Shown: positions 63,343 through 64,000 of the stretch, piece after piece
Layout: every line of letters begins with the position of its first letter
Position numbering within the stretch: position 1 is the first letter of the stretch
Assembly: GCA_045649045.1 (NCBI GenBank)
Contig: JAZRPF010000012.1
Coordinates: forward strand, 1,742-65,741
Reading direction: 5' to 3'
Source of the DNA: Eubacteriales bacterium
Lineage (GTDB): Bacteria; Bacillota; Clostridia; Oscillospirales; CAG-272
DNA length: 64,000 bases
Notes under the pieces: generated by a model
Seen by the model: only the letters and a program-made list of their open reading frames with translations
Database searches by the model: none
What the model was told of the DNA's origin: nothing
Program-made: the position numbers and the translations under genes

Positions 63343-64000
63343 ATGCACGGACTTTTCGGTACAGACGGCGTGCGCGGCATCGCAGGCGAATTTTTAACCT
63401 GTGAGCGCGCTCTTGAAATCGGGCGCGCCGTCGCCTCCATTCTCTCAAACGCAAGAGAAGCACACCCACTCGTTCTCATCGGCGAGGATACAAGGCTTTC
63501 CTCCCCCATGCTGTCAGCCGCCGTCAGTGCAGGTCTTGCCTCTGTCGGCGCTGATGTCGTCAGACTCGGCATCGTCCCCACGCCCGCCGTTGCCTACCTC
63601 GTTGAAAAGTACAAGGCGCACGCAGGCATCATGGTCAGTGCCTCGCATAATTCCTTTGAATTTAACGGCATCAAAATTTTCGACGGTTCAGGCTTCAAAT
63701 TCCCCGACGAGCTTGAGGAACGCATTGAGTCCATCGTGCTTAACAATACCCCAAGTCCCGCCGCCGCACAAAACGAGAAAATCGGCAGCATTACCTTTTC
63801 CGAAAAGGGTGTACGGGATTATATCGCGCATATCCGTGCATCCGTCCCCTATTCGCTCGACGGACTTCATATCGCCATCGACTGCTCAAACGGCGCGGCA
63901 TCCCGTACCGCAGAGCCCCTCTTTCTCTCGCTCGGCGCGCGGTGCGATGTCCTGTGCGCCACTCCCGACGGCATCAATATCAACAAGGAATGCGGATCAA
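63343..64000 (+). CDS. glmM: Phosphoglucosamine mutase, N-terminal part (continues beyond the window)
   Basis: The sequence MHGLFGTDGVRGIAGE... includes the active-site GIMVSASHNSFEFNGIKIF. An AGAGGA RBS is present. The frame is open to the window end. Confidence 0.9.
   Translation, partial: MHGLFGTDGVRGIAGEFLTCERALEIGRAVASILSNAREAHPLVLIGEDTRLSSPMLSAAVSAGLASVGADVVRLGIVPTPAVAYLVEKYKAHAGIMVSASHNSFEFNGIKIFDGSGFKFPDELEERIESIVLNNTPSPAAAQNEKIGSITFSEKGVRDYIAHIRASVPYSLDGLHIAIDCSNGAASRTAEPLFLSLGARCDVLCATPDGININKECGS

Overview
This window is a chromosomal segment from a Gram-positive, Clostridia-like bacterium. The evidence is AGGAG-type ribosome binding sites, TTGACA-17-TATAAT promoters, lipobox lipoproteins, a reverse rubrerythrin with a PerR-like regulator, and DUF1015/DUF1934/DUF1294 genes. 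I support about 58 protein-coding genes, one RNase P RNA (rnpB), two or three pseudogene remnants, and a set of intrinsic terminators and sigma-A-type promoters. I saw no rRNA, tRNA, CRISPR array, transposase or integrase.

Most of the window is housekeeping:
- the ileS 3' end, a MinD-like ATPase, holA, a translationally coupled thyX-like/pth/mfd/prsA-like operon, argS and a yebC-type regulator;
- an amino-acid ABC transporter, an ABC-F ATPase, a murD-to-rlmH operon and punA;
- a Fur-family regulator with rbr, a RumA-type methyltransferase, a U32 peptidase, a THUMP methyltransferase, asnS, mnmG and the glmM 5' end.

The clearest accessory segment is a visibly AT-richer glycan island at about 34.6-46.0 kb. 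It holds an AraC regulator, a GH127-like enzyme, two SGNH esterases, a GT4/Wzy/Wzx trio and a TIM-barrel isomerase. It also contains decayed genes: an AraC 3' remnant and a four-helix-bundle gene with an in-frame TAG. It ends in a repeat- and palindrome-rich block.

The most interesting single observation is an exported lipoprotein (9522-11447) that carries, in order, all the catalytic motifs of GT80 (PmST1-type) sialyltransferases. Next to it lies an archaeal-type CMP-kinase-like protein fused to a ParB/Srx-like tail. Two apparent pseudoenzymes are also present: a ThyX homologue without the RHR...S...S.R signature, and an MGS-like protein without its catalytic His/Asp/His.

All homology statements come from reading the translations against remembered family sequences and motifs. 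None has been checked by a search.
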